NCBI GenBank assembly: GCA_051362555.1
Contig: CM120641.1
Span: forward strand, 7,378,001-7,442,000
From: Lingula anatina
Taxonomy: Eukaryota > Animalia > Brachiopoda
Direction of reading: 5' to 3'
Length of the DNA stretch: 64,000 nucleotides
A program made the translations under genes and the position numbers. Below the pieces are notes generated by a model. The model was not told the origin of the DNA, searched no databases, and worked only from the letters and a program-made list of their open reading frames with translations. This document shows, piece by piece, positions 51,481-64,000 of the stretch (the stretch's first letter is position 1; each line of letters opens with the position of its first letter).

Positions 51481-53409
51481 GTAGATCTTACAGGTATATG
51501 TCACGCGTTTTTGGTGAAAATGTCAAATAACGCGCGAAGGAAATCATAGCCAATGTCACCTGTGTATGTAATATAAATGGTTATAATCTCTAAATTTGAA
51601 ATGAAAGACATATATGAACGTGTTAATGTTGTAAACTTTATAAATCATACATATTTACCTGCAGCAAGCAAGTGCCTTCTTTACTCTTTTAGTAAACTAC
51701 GGGTGCATACACAATAAAATATAGTCCTTATTCTGGGACCTTTGGATTTTAGAAATTGTACAAAAAAAGTAAAAAGATTTACAAAAACATTTCTTCAATA
51801 CATTTTAAATGATCTCAGGGAAAAGATTTACTTTCATTCTATATTTTTTTTGTCTTTCCACATAAATTCATGCGCACTCAAATGTCAATAGCAACCGCGC
51901 ATGCGTATTATAATATATTCTATTTTAGGACGAGAGCACATGTATGATGTACATGTAAAAAGAACTGACTGAACTGAGTACAAGTATTTATGAATTAAAG
52001 AAATTAATAAAATAAATAAATAGTCTGACGACAAAGGTAAAATATAGAAGTTGTATGTATTTGTAAACATAAAAGATCCTCACCGAATGAAAGCATTATT
52101 TGTTTCCATTAAATTCGAAGAAAGGACGTCCCTACCGGTACACTGAAGAGCGAAACAAAACCCGATTTATGCTATAAAAAGCATAGGACATACAAAGCAT
52201 CCCTCTGTTCTTAATATCTGGTAATATGTAGGTAAATCTAAAATTTTGGCCACCGATAGGCACGAACATGTCCGACATGTGTAGGCATACTGTAGGCCTA
52301 TAGACCTAGGCCCTACATTGTGATTTACGGTTGATATTCGGGCCTATATCGGTACAGTATATTGGTACAGTACCTGTTTAATTCGAGACAAAGGGGGTAA
52401 TTGTCGGAGGGAAATATAGGATATTCTAGGCCCTCAACACAGATTGATTGCATTTTTAATCTGGCTAATAAAAATTATTAAAAAGAATGACATCAATTAA
52501 AAAAAATCCACCCCTTTTAAGATCAGTTTTCTTTTTCACATTATGGCTTTCGCACGTAATCTAAATGCCTTTAAAATAATCTCTTTCAAATAGTTGGGAA
52601 AAACAATGGCCATGGAACCCAAATCAAAAAACTTTCTTCATTTTGAGGTACCCAACCTTTCGTTAATACACATTTCCAACTGACCAACTTACCAATTAGG
52701 CTACTGGTAGGTCCATCTATAATTCGATCTGTCCACCTTTTTATAAATCCATTTCTACTGTAAGATATTTGTATTTGCACGTTTTGATATCACATTTGTG
52801 ATATATCAAAATCCATATAATATAGGTCTACCTGATTTGGTCTTAACTTCAGCTCTTACTTGGTCGAATTTAACTGAGCCAACAGCAGGGATCAAGTATG
52901 GATGAATAGATTAAGCGATTTTCCCACAGCATCATCGGTAGATTTTAATAACAAAATACTTAAACTACTGTACTACTGATGAATTGAAAGAGGATTTACA
53001 TGTTTAACATTACTTAGAAGGTTAAATTTCCCGGTTTTCTCAATTCATCGAAGGATAGATTGTTTTGTGGCTGCTATACTGGACCTTTGTGCCAAAATAT
53101 CAACTCGGTACGATAAACTTCCAAATACTACTAGCTAGTATAATATGTACTCCTCCTGACTAATATCCGTTCCAATTCTCCACCTTAAATCTAGATGTAG
53201 ACTTTTTGACCCCTCTTCTCTCCCATATCGTTCCTTATACTTTTCTTTTCCACTGAGTCAGCCTTCCTACACCGACCATACTACAGGTATCTTATCAGGT
53301 ATATGAAAAACCCAGTTTCTGCTGTACGTGGACATACATAGTTCAACAAACAAGACATTCACATATAGCAAACGCTGATATTGCACCAACTCCACAGATT
53401 CAAACTTAC

Positions 53410-53540
53410 GAAGCAAATGATTTTTTCGACTGAGGTGACGGGGACTTCGGTGTATTCGTATTTCCTTCGCGATGGCCACCCATTACAGAGGGTGCATCCC
53501 TTCCACCGCTGGACCCTGAACCTCGACGACTGCTTGCCAT
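53410..53540 (-). CDS. LRRC71: Candidate alternative first coding exon A of LRRC71 (MASSRRGSGSSGGRDAPSVMGGHREGNTNTPKSPSPQSKKSFA)
   Basis: taaATGG start after an in-frame stop, 43 codons + 2 nt, gtaagt donor. Phase 2 joins the acceptor at 50236 in frame. Confidence 0.55.
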
Positions 53541-55137
53541 TTATAGTCTTTTGTCGATGGCATTTAATGAATGCTAGAAAAAATCTGGCTGTTATTTTTA
53601 GATAATGGCTTCCTTGTTCCTATAATTTTCTTTTAAAATTTTTCAGCGAATTAAAATCATCCATCTAGAGTGTGCCCTCATATCCATAGAAATTGTTCAT
53701 CTGCAGCTTATATTCAGAAAAGTTACAATCTCAAGGTTTTTGTTTAAAATATTTTCCCGAATTCATTAGAACTTGAATCATACAAATCTTTTGAAATTGC
53801 ATCCGATAATTCCCTTCTTGAACTTTTCACTGTATCCTCGAGAATGAATAAATAAAAAAAAGGCTTAGCAACTGGCAGCTACTTTCTACATTCGATGACC
53901 CGAGATATATTCTTCCAGTTAAACTCCCCAGCCCTACTGTATATGGCCAACCGACCATATTTGAGGAGGGTGATTATGAGCCAGCGATCGATTAATCTTT
54001 ACATCCTCTTGATAATCTGACAATATCCCGCTCCAACTTTCCATGAGCTGTTCGACATGATCTGCTTTATAAATGAATAGACGCAACGTCCAATCGAAAA
54101 CGTGACTTCCAATAATCCCAAAAAGACAGGGGATTAAGTACAATAGCCGTTTAATAAACGCTGGAGCGCTTTGTTTGGTCATTGATTGCTTTATCAGTAT
54201 CGTTGCTTCGTTTCGGTGTATCTTATTTGTTTGCATTCTCATGTAGTCCTGGCAAGCTGTGTGTGCTAAATAATTCACAAGGATATCTATGCTGTATGTG
54301 TTTGCCCTATCGGTCAATTTTTCGCGTGTTGAAAAAGGATTTTCCAATTATAAAACGTTCAAGCAACGTCAATTACAGTTTTCAGGTGATTTTATTCCCC
54401 CATATCAATGGTTTGAATAGTTAGTGAAACGTCAGATATCCATTTTATTTCAAAAACTACTCACAGCTAGGGCGCCCAATATTAGTTTACTTATTTAAAA
54501 AAGGATCAGATCTTTTATGAAACGTTATTAGAAATAGAACAAAACCTGCACATAAAGAAAATCGATTGTAAAAATGCGTAAGACTACACACTGATACGTA
54601 GAGCTGTTAATCCTGCATTCAATTTACGCGACACATTTGTAGAACACTGATTCCCGGACAGAAATGTGCACGAGCGCTAACCATTACGAATGATTCTGGC
54701 AATCTGAACACGGGATTGCACATAAATGGCTCTCAACTGCCTCAGGTGATGATATTCCTTTCAGACTAAGGTTCATCGGGCACTGTTTTAGTTAAGTTTT
54801 TCAGTAGGGTCACATGGCTACTTCTACTGTTGTTTTGATTTCGCTTGTCGTTAGGATTAATAGTTAATTAATTCAGGACATGGTTAATGTTTGATCTGGA
54901 CACTTGAGCCTATCAAAGTTTGCTTCTACCATCGATCAACTTATCTAAACTGATCACCTTAATTCCTATCAGAACGGCCGCTCTTGCAGCTCTAAGTGAA
55001 TGAAGCCGCTTTGATTTTTAATATTCCAATACTTCGTAATCAACAAATATGTTTGATTAAAAACATAGTACTCCAAGAAGACCACAGATCTCATAGATTA
55101 ATGCCGTCAAAAAGAAACTGTAATTAAGAAAACTTAC

Positions 55138-55157
55138 CCTTCCACTAATCGATCCAT
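55138..55157 (-). CDS. LRRC71: Candidate alternative first coding exon B of LRRC71 (MDRLVEG)
   Basis: aaaaATGG start, 6 codons + 2 nt, GG|gtaagt donor, phase 2. Confidence 0.4.
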
Positions 55158-56469
55158 TTTTTACTTTTTCTATGTGCATATGGTATTAAATGGCACGTCA
55201 ACTCGATATAGAGTATGTACTGTACTGTGCCGTTCATGAATTATGAACATATATTGTAACTACAGCAGTTCCTTATTTCTAAGCTTGTTTAACTACTTGA
55301 TATAGCACTTTTGTTGTAACCTTGGAAATTAATGAAAGAACACGCCAAACAGCATGTACTTCAGAAATGATCTGTCAAACTTGATTGTGTTTGTACATCA
55401 ATTTTTCAACAGGTAAATACTTGCCTTTGTGTTTTTCTTTTTGTATTAATTGTTTTGCTGCACCATTCTAAAGTGTAATGAAAAATTCATGTTGTTTATT
55501 GAAGGGATAAACCACTTCTCAGACTCCTAACAAAGTATGGCAGATTGTCTTCCGAATAAAACTTTATTCCTTTATTTGCCCAAACGGAGAGTAGGGATTA
55601 AATATGGGAACTCAATAGTAGAGAAAGGCTAATATGGAACGCTATCACATTATTCTATTTACCTCTCTTTCGTCACCAGATTATTTTTCAGTCAAATCAG
55701 TGCTAGATAACTGGTGTAGATTTTCGTACACAAATACACGCCGTATCAGTTTAGAAAATGAGAGCCAAACTGAGTTTTTAAGCCTATCAGTAAACGGCAA
55801 CTTAGGCCTAAAGGTTTTGCTTGGTGGAGTGAGTGTTTGGTGGAGAAAGGATGCCCTCTGTGTTTTGGGCCCCTGACGGCCATTTAAATATAATGTGCCG
55901 TTAGCGGCTGATATTTGTCAAAAGAAAAGGAAACACAAATGAACTAACAGTATTTTTTTTATTCATCTATCGTTAATTCTAGCCGTTATAATTCTAGCTG
56001 AAGCCCGCATGAAGGTATTTTAATAAAGAACGTGTAGTGTACGTGCACATTACATTCCCTCATGGACCAAATGCGCCATCAAATTTCTCTAAACTCATAT
56101 ATGTAAAATAGGCGGTTCCACTGAACTAATTTTTATCGGGATTTCGACACTTTTCCATTGAAGAGATTCCGACAGGATGGATTATGAAAAAATTGCGTAA
56201 TTTCAGTCAAATATTCTTTTCCAGCTCTGATGATCTTGTATTTCGATGATGCTTTAAATGCTTTATTCATGGCATATAAGTAATATGTATTGGTAATCCG
56301 AAACAGAATTTGTTGCATTTTGAACAAACATTACGTTTACTTAGTTTATTTTGAATGATATCGCCAATTGATAGAACCGAAACATGTCATTTTGCAAAAA
56401 GATGTTGAAGGAAAGTCAAAAAGTGATTCTATTAGTCACTATTTTTTGTCTAACTCTTAGACAACTCAC

Positions 56470-56522
56470 CTTAGCGTTTTCATGAAAGTTGATGCCGAGC
56501 TAATTTGACTTTTGTCCCCCAT
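56470..56522 (-). CDS. LRRC71: Candidate alternative first coding exon C of LRRC71 (MGDKSQISSASTFMKTLS); whole exon 56470-56546
   Basis: tattttccag acceptor, acgATGG start, 17 codons + 2 nt, AAG|gtgagt donor, phase 2. Confidence 0.5.
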
Positions 56523-57008
56523 CGTGTTCTATGAAGAGTCTGTAATCTGGAAAATATTAAAATGCCGTGAATGGATATGTCAAACCCCATGACACCAGCG
56601 TATGACATAATTTGCAGAGGAATCCGCAAAAAGCGAAATGTTCCCTCGACAGTCAACTGAAGAGAATACGAGACCCAAAGAGGAGAGATTTAAGATATAG
56701 AAGACTTTGAACATAAATGAAAATATTTACCAATTAATAGAAAAAATCACAGATGCGAGAACCTGTAATTGTTTTTAGATTTTTACCTTTTTGAAACTTT
56801 TTATGACTCCATATGCACAAACATTCCACGTCTCCAAGCGTATTTTTTACAGTCAACAAATCCTCATTAAAGGATGTATTTATATAGCCTGAATTTCTAC
56901 CAATTTCCTTTGATACTGACCAAATATTTAGACGCTTCAAGGGAAAAAAAGTAACTCAAAAGTGAATATGAATGGTTCACAATCTGAAAATTGCGTAAAT
57001 TTGCTTAC

Positions 57009-57728
57009 CAGTTTTTGACAATCACTTTCTGAATAATTTCAGTAAATCTTGCAGCTCAGCAGTATTAAAAACCTGCATTTGATGAAACAATAAAAGTGTA
57101 CTGATATTTTTTCAATCCTTTTCAAAATTCATTTTTACTATCTTCGAGTTCTTAAGTAATCTTAGCCAACGTGCACTGACCAGAAAAAAAAAAAACAATT
57201 ATAATGAACAATGAAACGACGTTTACGGCAGTTTCAGAACATTTTTGATTTTAGTTCAGGTACTACCAATTTGGCAACTTAATTGCATTCTTATGTTCTA
57301 CATTGTGCTTATTTTATTAGTTGATTTTCTTATAATATGAAACTATTCAAGAGACATAAATAGTTAAAAAGATGTTTACGACAAACGCAGAATTATTTCT
57401 TGCCTTTCGTTCATTTACTGCCAATCTGGTATATCAATTGACTTTTTATGCTCCACATTTCGTTTGTTTTATAATGTTGTTTTATATAACATTGTTGTTT
57501 TTTTATATACAGTATGAATCTTAATAAGTTCCATAATTTCCCACGCTCGCCCCCAAAAACATGCATATGCCTTGGTGGATGACTACTTCTCGATTGTTTT
57601 CCTTTTAAGTCAATCAGCAAAATCTCAAATAAAACAACTTTTATTTGAACCGTCAAGCAAGATGATATTTACAAACTTGCTTTCACCTGTACAACAGAAC
57701 ACCGCTTTTTTGTTAAATGCAATTTTCT

Positions 57729-57775
<47 letters not shown>

Positions 57776-57920
57776 GAAAAAAATACATACAGCCAAAAAC
57801 TTACCACTGTCAAATGATGGTTCTCTGTTTCGAAGAGGATGTCTTTTACAATCCAACAATAAGTATTCTTAGCAACTGGGAAATCCAGCAAGGTGTCGTT
57901 TTGAACCGTTACCAGGTAAG
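57009..57920 (-). promoter_or_regulatory. Candidate distal promoter with non-coding exons (57805-~57880 and 57009-57072) and RFX X-box-like motifs
   Basis: Donors GTG|gtaagt (57804) and CTG|gtaagc (57008), acceptor tgcag at 57073. X-box-like gttaccaggtaag (57908-57920) and gtattcttagcaac (57863-57876). Confidence 0.35.
57731..57775. repeat. (TA)n microsatellite followed by poly-T
   Basis: Directly visible. Confidence 0.95.
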
Positions 57921-60135
57921 CTTAATTGTACAATTTAAACAACTGACCATGAATAATTTAACATAAAAATTGCCGGCGTAAACTGAAAAAAAATCCCAGT
58001 ATATCTCTACATTTGGTAAACTGGAACCAGCGGCTGGATGCGTTCTCTCTGCAGTTTGTCTCCAGTCTGAGAGTCAGTCTCTGGCCAATGTCCTAAAGAA
58101 ATGTTGTCTTACCCGTTCTAATGTTTACCCGAGGACTAATAACTCTATTAGAGCGGAGATTGTTCATTGAGCGCCTCATTGACATAATGAGGCAAACGGC
58201 ATGCGAAAACATTTGAAACTGTTGATATATTAAGGGAAAGTATATGGAATCGCTAACAATTGATTGTTTACTTTCGTACCTGTCCTGTTGAAAGGCGTGC
58301 ACATAGAGACGATATTCTGCTAAGCGGGGTGAATAGACCGGTTTATTCACTAAAGTGGCAAGGTGAAGACAAGTCTATATCCATGTTGCAAAACCAGCCT
58401 GGATTTGTTGATCGTCATTTAGAAAATAGGAAACCGCTTTAGGCTACCGAATTAAGTCTACAGTATTTTTTTTTTTTTCATTTAAACTGCAGACTCGTTC
58501 ATGTTTAATGTCGCTTTTTCTACTGGCGTCTTAATGTTTGTTAAGGACTATTGCAACATAGTGTTAAATTCTATAAGCCATAGGGAACTGTCTGAAATTT
58601 AAAGCCAGCTTAACTTTTCAAGAGCATGTAATGCAATCTTTATGAATGCGACTAAAGTAAAATTATACTTTGTAGAGCTGGAGAGGTGAACAAATAAACT
58701 TGACTTTGATACCAAACTTATAAAGATTTTATGCCAACAAACACCCAGCTAATTATTTATTCAAGCAGAATATGAAATAACGGATTGCAGTTGCTGGATA
58801 TTATCATGTGTTTGTTCCAAAATGACTAGAACTCATCATTAAGGTGACTGGTAGCTGGGTTGACAATTGCTTCAGTTTTACTGTTAAATTCAATCTACCA
58901 CTTTTTAAAAGTGGTACAGGAATATTTCTTCAAATATTCTCTTTAAACAATTTTTACACGAGTATCTTTCAGAGCATATTGTCTAATAGGTGTGATACCA
59001 ATTTCTAAATAAAATTACAAAAAGGTAATGGGATTAAGAAATGTCAGTCTTCTCTTTCAGAACCATGTGCTTTCTCAAAAAAGAATTAGTAATAAAATTA
59101 AAATAAGTATTAACATAATAAAAGTTTTAGGTAATACTATCATTCAATTATCATAAATGAAAGAAAAATGCTTCCTTGAATAAAATTAACCTCCTCTTGT
59201 CTTGATGCTGGAAAGTTCCGATTTAAAAAACTGAGCTTCCTTGATGATGCAGCTCATTAACAGTGATGTGTATATTTGAATAAGTAGGCAATCAGGAATG
59301 TACCCTAATAAAGAGGAAAAAAGTATAAATTTAAATTTCTTTGGCAAATCTTAAATGGTTTTCTTTGCAATAAAAGTCAATTTTCAGTCAATAAAATCTG
59401 GTTAAAACGTTTATTTCACAATACAAATAGAATCACACTCTTTAATATGTAAGTTTTTATACATAGGTATTTCACTAACAAATTAAAGTTAAAATGCAAG
59501 TAAATCCTTTAAGGAATATCACAGCTATGTTTCATATAAAAATACTGCATATTTACAACTGCTAAAATTAAGTAAATTTTGTATATTTCTAAAACAAATC
59601 CTTAGGGTTTACAGAATTAAATATAATAACATATGGTGCTCAAAAGAGACAATGAAATAAGGGTATAGAAAAGGACGGGTTCTCTTGCATGTAATATAGT
59701 AAACACACAATATTCAAGTAAAACAGTGCATTGGCAGCATTGGACGGTTTTAAATTATGCACAACCTAAAAATATACATTTGTTATTGTCAGTGTGTGCT
59801 ACATTTTCAAACTCACAACTCAAAATACCTGTGTTTTGGTGTATTTTGGTAAATGTCAAAAACCCAGTACACTATATTTCTTAATACATATGACATGGCA
59901 GAATATATATATACATATTTACATAAGATGTGGTTGCTTATAGATCATTAATTTTTTTCCCTTTGTTTGGCTTATAGTCCTCAAGTTCAGGTCTGGTAAG
60001 TGTAATTTCTCTGAACAATCTGAAGTTTTACTTTCATCAGTGTATGTCATTGTAATAAAATGTCTCTCACAAAATACTTTCTTCTCCATATTTGTCAATA
60101 ACTTGATCTCATCTTGGCTGGAATGTACATATTTT

Positions 60136-63100
60136 CTATTCATTGAGCTGACACAGCAATGCTGCTCCCATGGCAATCCAGTAGTCCTGAGGCACGGCAG
60201 ATGGCAAGTGAACAAATACCACAAAATTGGTGGACATGCCTGAAGTGGAAAAAATTGAATTTAGTAAGTGATAACAGATACCTTCTCAAAATAAATTAAT
60301 AAATAAAATTATTTGGAAACTCCTGAATATCAATCTCTAAAATATCTATTTTGATATCAAAACTGTCCAAGCATGCGAATCAGGTGTGTGTGTGTGTGCG
60401 TGTGTGCGTGCATGCGTGCATGTGTGCGTGCATGTTATCTATGCATGACCTACCAGTAGTGGAAAGAACTCCAGCTCTTAGTCCAGTCTTATACAGGGGT
60501 GCTATGTAATCAGCAGGGTCAGGAACAAAGTCCATCATGGGTTTCATGTGGAGCATCACTAGTGGCTCATTCATCACACCCTGCAGTGAGCTCTCCACTC
60601 TCATCTCCTCCATGTTCCAACGGAAACCGTCCATAAACAGCCCATGGACAAGGACACCATCTTCTGGTGCAGGGATCTTAAAGGAAATGGTGTTGGTTAA
60701 TATAGTCAACTAACATACAGTTGAATTAAGCACTTTGAATGTCAGGGTTACCCATGCTGATTGACTACATTCCTGCTCAGTTAACCATATACTTAAATTT
60801 AGCAAATAGACTGATAAACACCACAAGTTTTCTTAAACTGGCAAATGACTACTCTTCAATATCAGTAAATTTTTTTGAACTAGAGATTTTTGTAGAAGTA
60901 AAGTTTCCTTGTTGCAGAAAAATTTTAAAAGTTAAGCGTACTAAATCATTATAATATTAAACTGTCCTTCTGACAGTAAAATCCTTATTTTCTTACCTCC
61001 TTATCCATTTCTAATTCCTCTCCAAACTTGAGTGTTTTCATGGCCTCTGAGACATCAGCTTGGTCACGGAAGAAGGGAATGGTGATGAACTCAAAGGTCA
61101 AGTGGTCAATGGGCAGGTCATACTTCCTGGCATGGTTCTGCAGGGTACCGGTCAAGAAACCTATCACAAATAATAATAGTGGATTAGTTAAAATGAGCAA
61201 ACATTATTGACATATGCTTGGAAAAGAGACGAACAGTAAATGTATATCCACACATAGCATTTAATTTTACAGGAATCAAACAATTATGTCACAGTGATTA
61301 TAATCTGGTTGCTGTCATGTCGGAAAGCCACCTAAACTGCAGTTCTTTACATCTTCCTACCAATTCCAAATACTTTAAGTTATTAATCTTTAGATAATAT
61401 CATTTTGAACAACAGGCCTTAGCATTTCAAGGTCTGAGCATCGTAAAACGGGGAATCCAAAAGCAGACCAAAGGCAGGTAACTTACCTTGAGGGAAAAAG
61501 AATCCTGACAACCAGAATGACTTGGGCTGACCATGGATGACCCAGTGCTGGATGAACTCACACCTCAAGACCAGATCCTTGACCCAGCTGCCCAGTGGCT
61601 TCAGGGAGGGGTAGGCAGCATTCTCCCACAGACGGGGCACTTGGTTGTTCAGAAAAGCATTATAGATCTGCTCCAACTCCTCACTCATTACAACAAAACC
61701 CTTGATGGCTTTGAGTAGCTGTCTCAGGGAATTCTGAAAGCATGGGGTTTGAAAAATATGTTCATTAGATATAATGGGTGTTTTTTTCTTCAATTAATAG
61801 TTGTTTCTTTTTCTGAGTAATGTTTCAAAATTACAGTTTTGAGGAGTAAAATTTGCTCTTTAAAAAGTAGATGGATTCTAAAATATGCTTGGCCTGTCAA
61901 CAGATACGAAAAAAAAATATACATACAAAAAACATACATTTTGTTTACTTTGCAAGATATCAGTATCAGATAATATGAAACCTTAAATGTAGCTTCTGCC
62001 TTATAATTACCTTAATAACTTTGAGCAATTTGTTGAACCTGTCCACCTCTTGTGTCAGCACTGTGGTCAGTGAATTTAACCGTCCCTTTGCATCAGCCTT
62101 TGAAAGAAGATTGGCATACAGAGATTACAATATTAAAATGAAACTGATAGTCAAATGTTTGTTTATTCCAAAACATTTTTCATCTTTGAGTTGACACAAC
62201 TTAAAAACACCTATTTCAACAACAGCTACCATTTCTACTCCAATCAGCCTCTTTTAAGAAGCTGGCTATCTTCAAGCATGTGTCAGATCTAAACTTTCGT
62301 TATGAATGTACATAATGTATGCTTCCTAATTACATAACGAATGTGTCAGATCTAAACTTTCGTTATGAATGTACATAATGTATGCTTCCTAATTACATAA
62401 GCTAAAATGAAGATGTTTTAACACAAAGTTTTATCCGTCAGGAAAAAAGGAAGACAAAAACTTACATCAAACATATCTTGTCTCGCATTCTCCATCTCAA
62501 TATTTTCCACAATCTTGCCCAGAATGCTCTCAGCCAGTTCATACACTATGTCATCATTAGACTTGCCACCACTGCCTCCACCAAGACGGGGCTGAACATC
62601 CAGAATTGTGCCAATGAGGGAGTTGGTTTCTTGACGCTGGAAGGAAAGAAATGGAAGGATATCTTTAGTGAAGTCATATTATGATTTTTTGCAAAGAATT
62701 TGACCCAATTTTTTATGGTAAATGAAAAGAGAGATAAAAATCACTGTAGCTTATATTATGAGGTAAACCCCTATTTCTCTGACATTTCCTTTCACAATTC
62801 AATTAATAAATGAGTCAAATACTACCTATGCTGGGCATGATATGACTATTTCTTTTATCTTAATATCCTTAACAATTATGGGATGATGCAAAATGTCTTA
62901 CTTGGAAAGCAATATTAGCATTAATGTGCATGCCAAATATTTCTGGTTCATCAATCAGGGGTAACTCCTCTATGTATTGTCTGTAGTCATTCAATAAATC
63001 AGCGTCAGGAGAATAGTAGATACCTAGACATAAACCAAACACAAGTCAAACAAATTGCAAATATGTATGTATCTGGCAAATGCGAAACATTAATCCCTAA

Positions 63101-63912
63101 ATTAACAAAAATTACTAAATTCTTAAAAAACACGTCCAACAATTTTCATTTTTTTATTTGTATAACATATTAAATATGATAATAATAAATATCCCAATTA
63201 TATAACATCCTAAGTTCGAAAACATTTGATTTCTATTTAATACACAAGGCATCAAATAATCATTTGACATATTTCCTAATGGATTATTTTAATATTTCCA
63301 AACAATGCACTGCCGCTGTTTATACTTATTACTTTCTACAAACTTTAAAGTGCACTGGACATTTTTATGGATTTAAGACTTAATAAATATATCATGATTA
63401 TCATCAAAAATGTCTTACCAGATTCTGAATATTTGTATCCTTTCTCTAGAGATACAGGAGCAAAGAACCTCTTCAGCACGGTTCTCAGACATCTTTGATC
63501 AATGCCATCTGTGACACGTCCACCATAGGTGATCTGAAAGCAAAGATTGTTTCTTGTAATGTGGTAACTAAGATGGACATTTAATCTCATAACTTCTGCT
63601 TATTTCAATTCTCCGATCATTTTCCTGAGCTATATATATCATCCAAAAAGACTGTCAAGGAAGTATATGATTTTGAGATTACTGGCCTCTGATGGTCATC
63701 TCTGTATTTCATACCTCCACAGCTGCACAATAAAGGACACAAAAACAATCTAGTATCTAAAAATGGTTCTACGTATCGGTATATCAATACACATGTCAAT
63801 ATCTCACCTCTCCAGTAATATAAATGAGTGTGTCCCATGGAATCTCTCCATCAGCACAGAACATCTGCAGATTGAGGAGAGCACACTCGCGATCACTGTC
63901 ACTGAATTCATA
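60136..63912 (-). CDS. DNAH6: Axonemal dynein heavy chain 6, last nine exons (gene starts beyond the window end): 63808-63912, 63419-63533, 62902-63023, 62466-62636, 62011-62097, 61487-61733, 60997-61160, 60454-60676, 60136-60239
   Basis: [123 protein letters not shown]. The terminus closely matches DNAH6. Confidence 0.93.
60383..60432. repeat. (GT)/(GCGT)-type simple repeat in the last DNAH6 intron
   Basis: Directly visible alternating purine-pyrimidine tract. Confidence 0.85.
62278..62400. repeat. Tandem duplication of ~60 bp in a DNAH6 intron
   Basis: atgtgtcagatctaaactttcgttatgaatgtacataatgtatgcttcctaattacataa occurs twice, separated by a few bases. Confidence 0.95.
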
Positions 63913-64000
63913 CTGTAATAAAAAATAAGTGTACATTAGAAAATACAAATATACCCCTGACAAAAAAAAAGATTGTATGGGTTTTAGCAAAATATTAGAT

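Noticed and set aside
52693-52758. Exon-like segment with a gtaagt donor
   Set aside because: Its ATGs terminate within the segment and the phase-2 frame contains a stop.
53934-54347. 137-aa ORF on the - strand (and 53267-53479)
   Set aside because: TTG/GTG starts, no recognisable domain, no supporting splice sites. Kept uncalled pending BLASTX.
58113-58220. ATG-containing exon candidate MSMRRSMNNLR... with a gtaaga donor
   Set aside because: Phase 1, so not in frame with the LRRC71 acceptor. Joining to 56546 hits a stop. At most a UTR exon.

Overview
AT-rich, intron-rich animal genomic DNA, most likely a lophotrochozoan such as a mollusc (inferred from the G-alpha-q N-terminus and the repeat types; species not determinable). 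No prokaryotic features and no CRISPR. Six spliced genes were rebuilt by hand with phase-consistent GT-AG junctions: 5' part of guanine deaminase (GDA, -), TMEM232 (-), LYRM7 (+, head-to-head with TMEM232), G-alpha-q (-, 353 aa), LRRC71 (-) and the 3' end of DNAH6 (-). Introns and intergenic DNA carry MITEs (one nested), a Helentron-associated (HINE-like) element, LINE 3' relics and microsatellites. The most unusual signal is at LRRC71. The CpG-retaining 51-58 kb region looks gene-free but holds three ATG-initiated candidate first exons. All three end in phase 2 at strong donors and join in frame to the same LRRC71 exon. LRRC71 also has frame-preserving candidate microexons and a UGA-C stop followed by a 44-codon open extension. 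All isoform claims are predictions that need RNA data, and homology calls are from recalled sequences, not searches.
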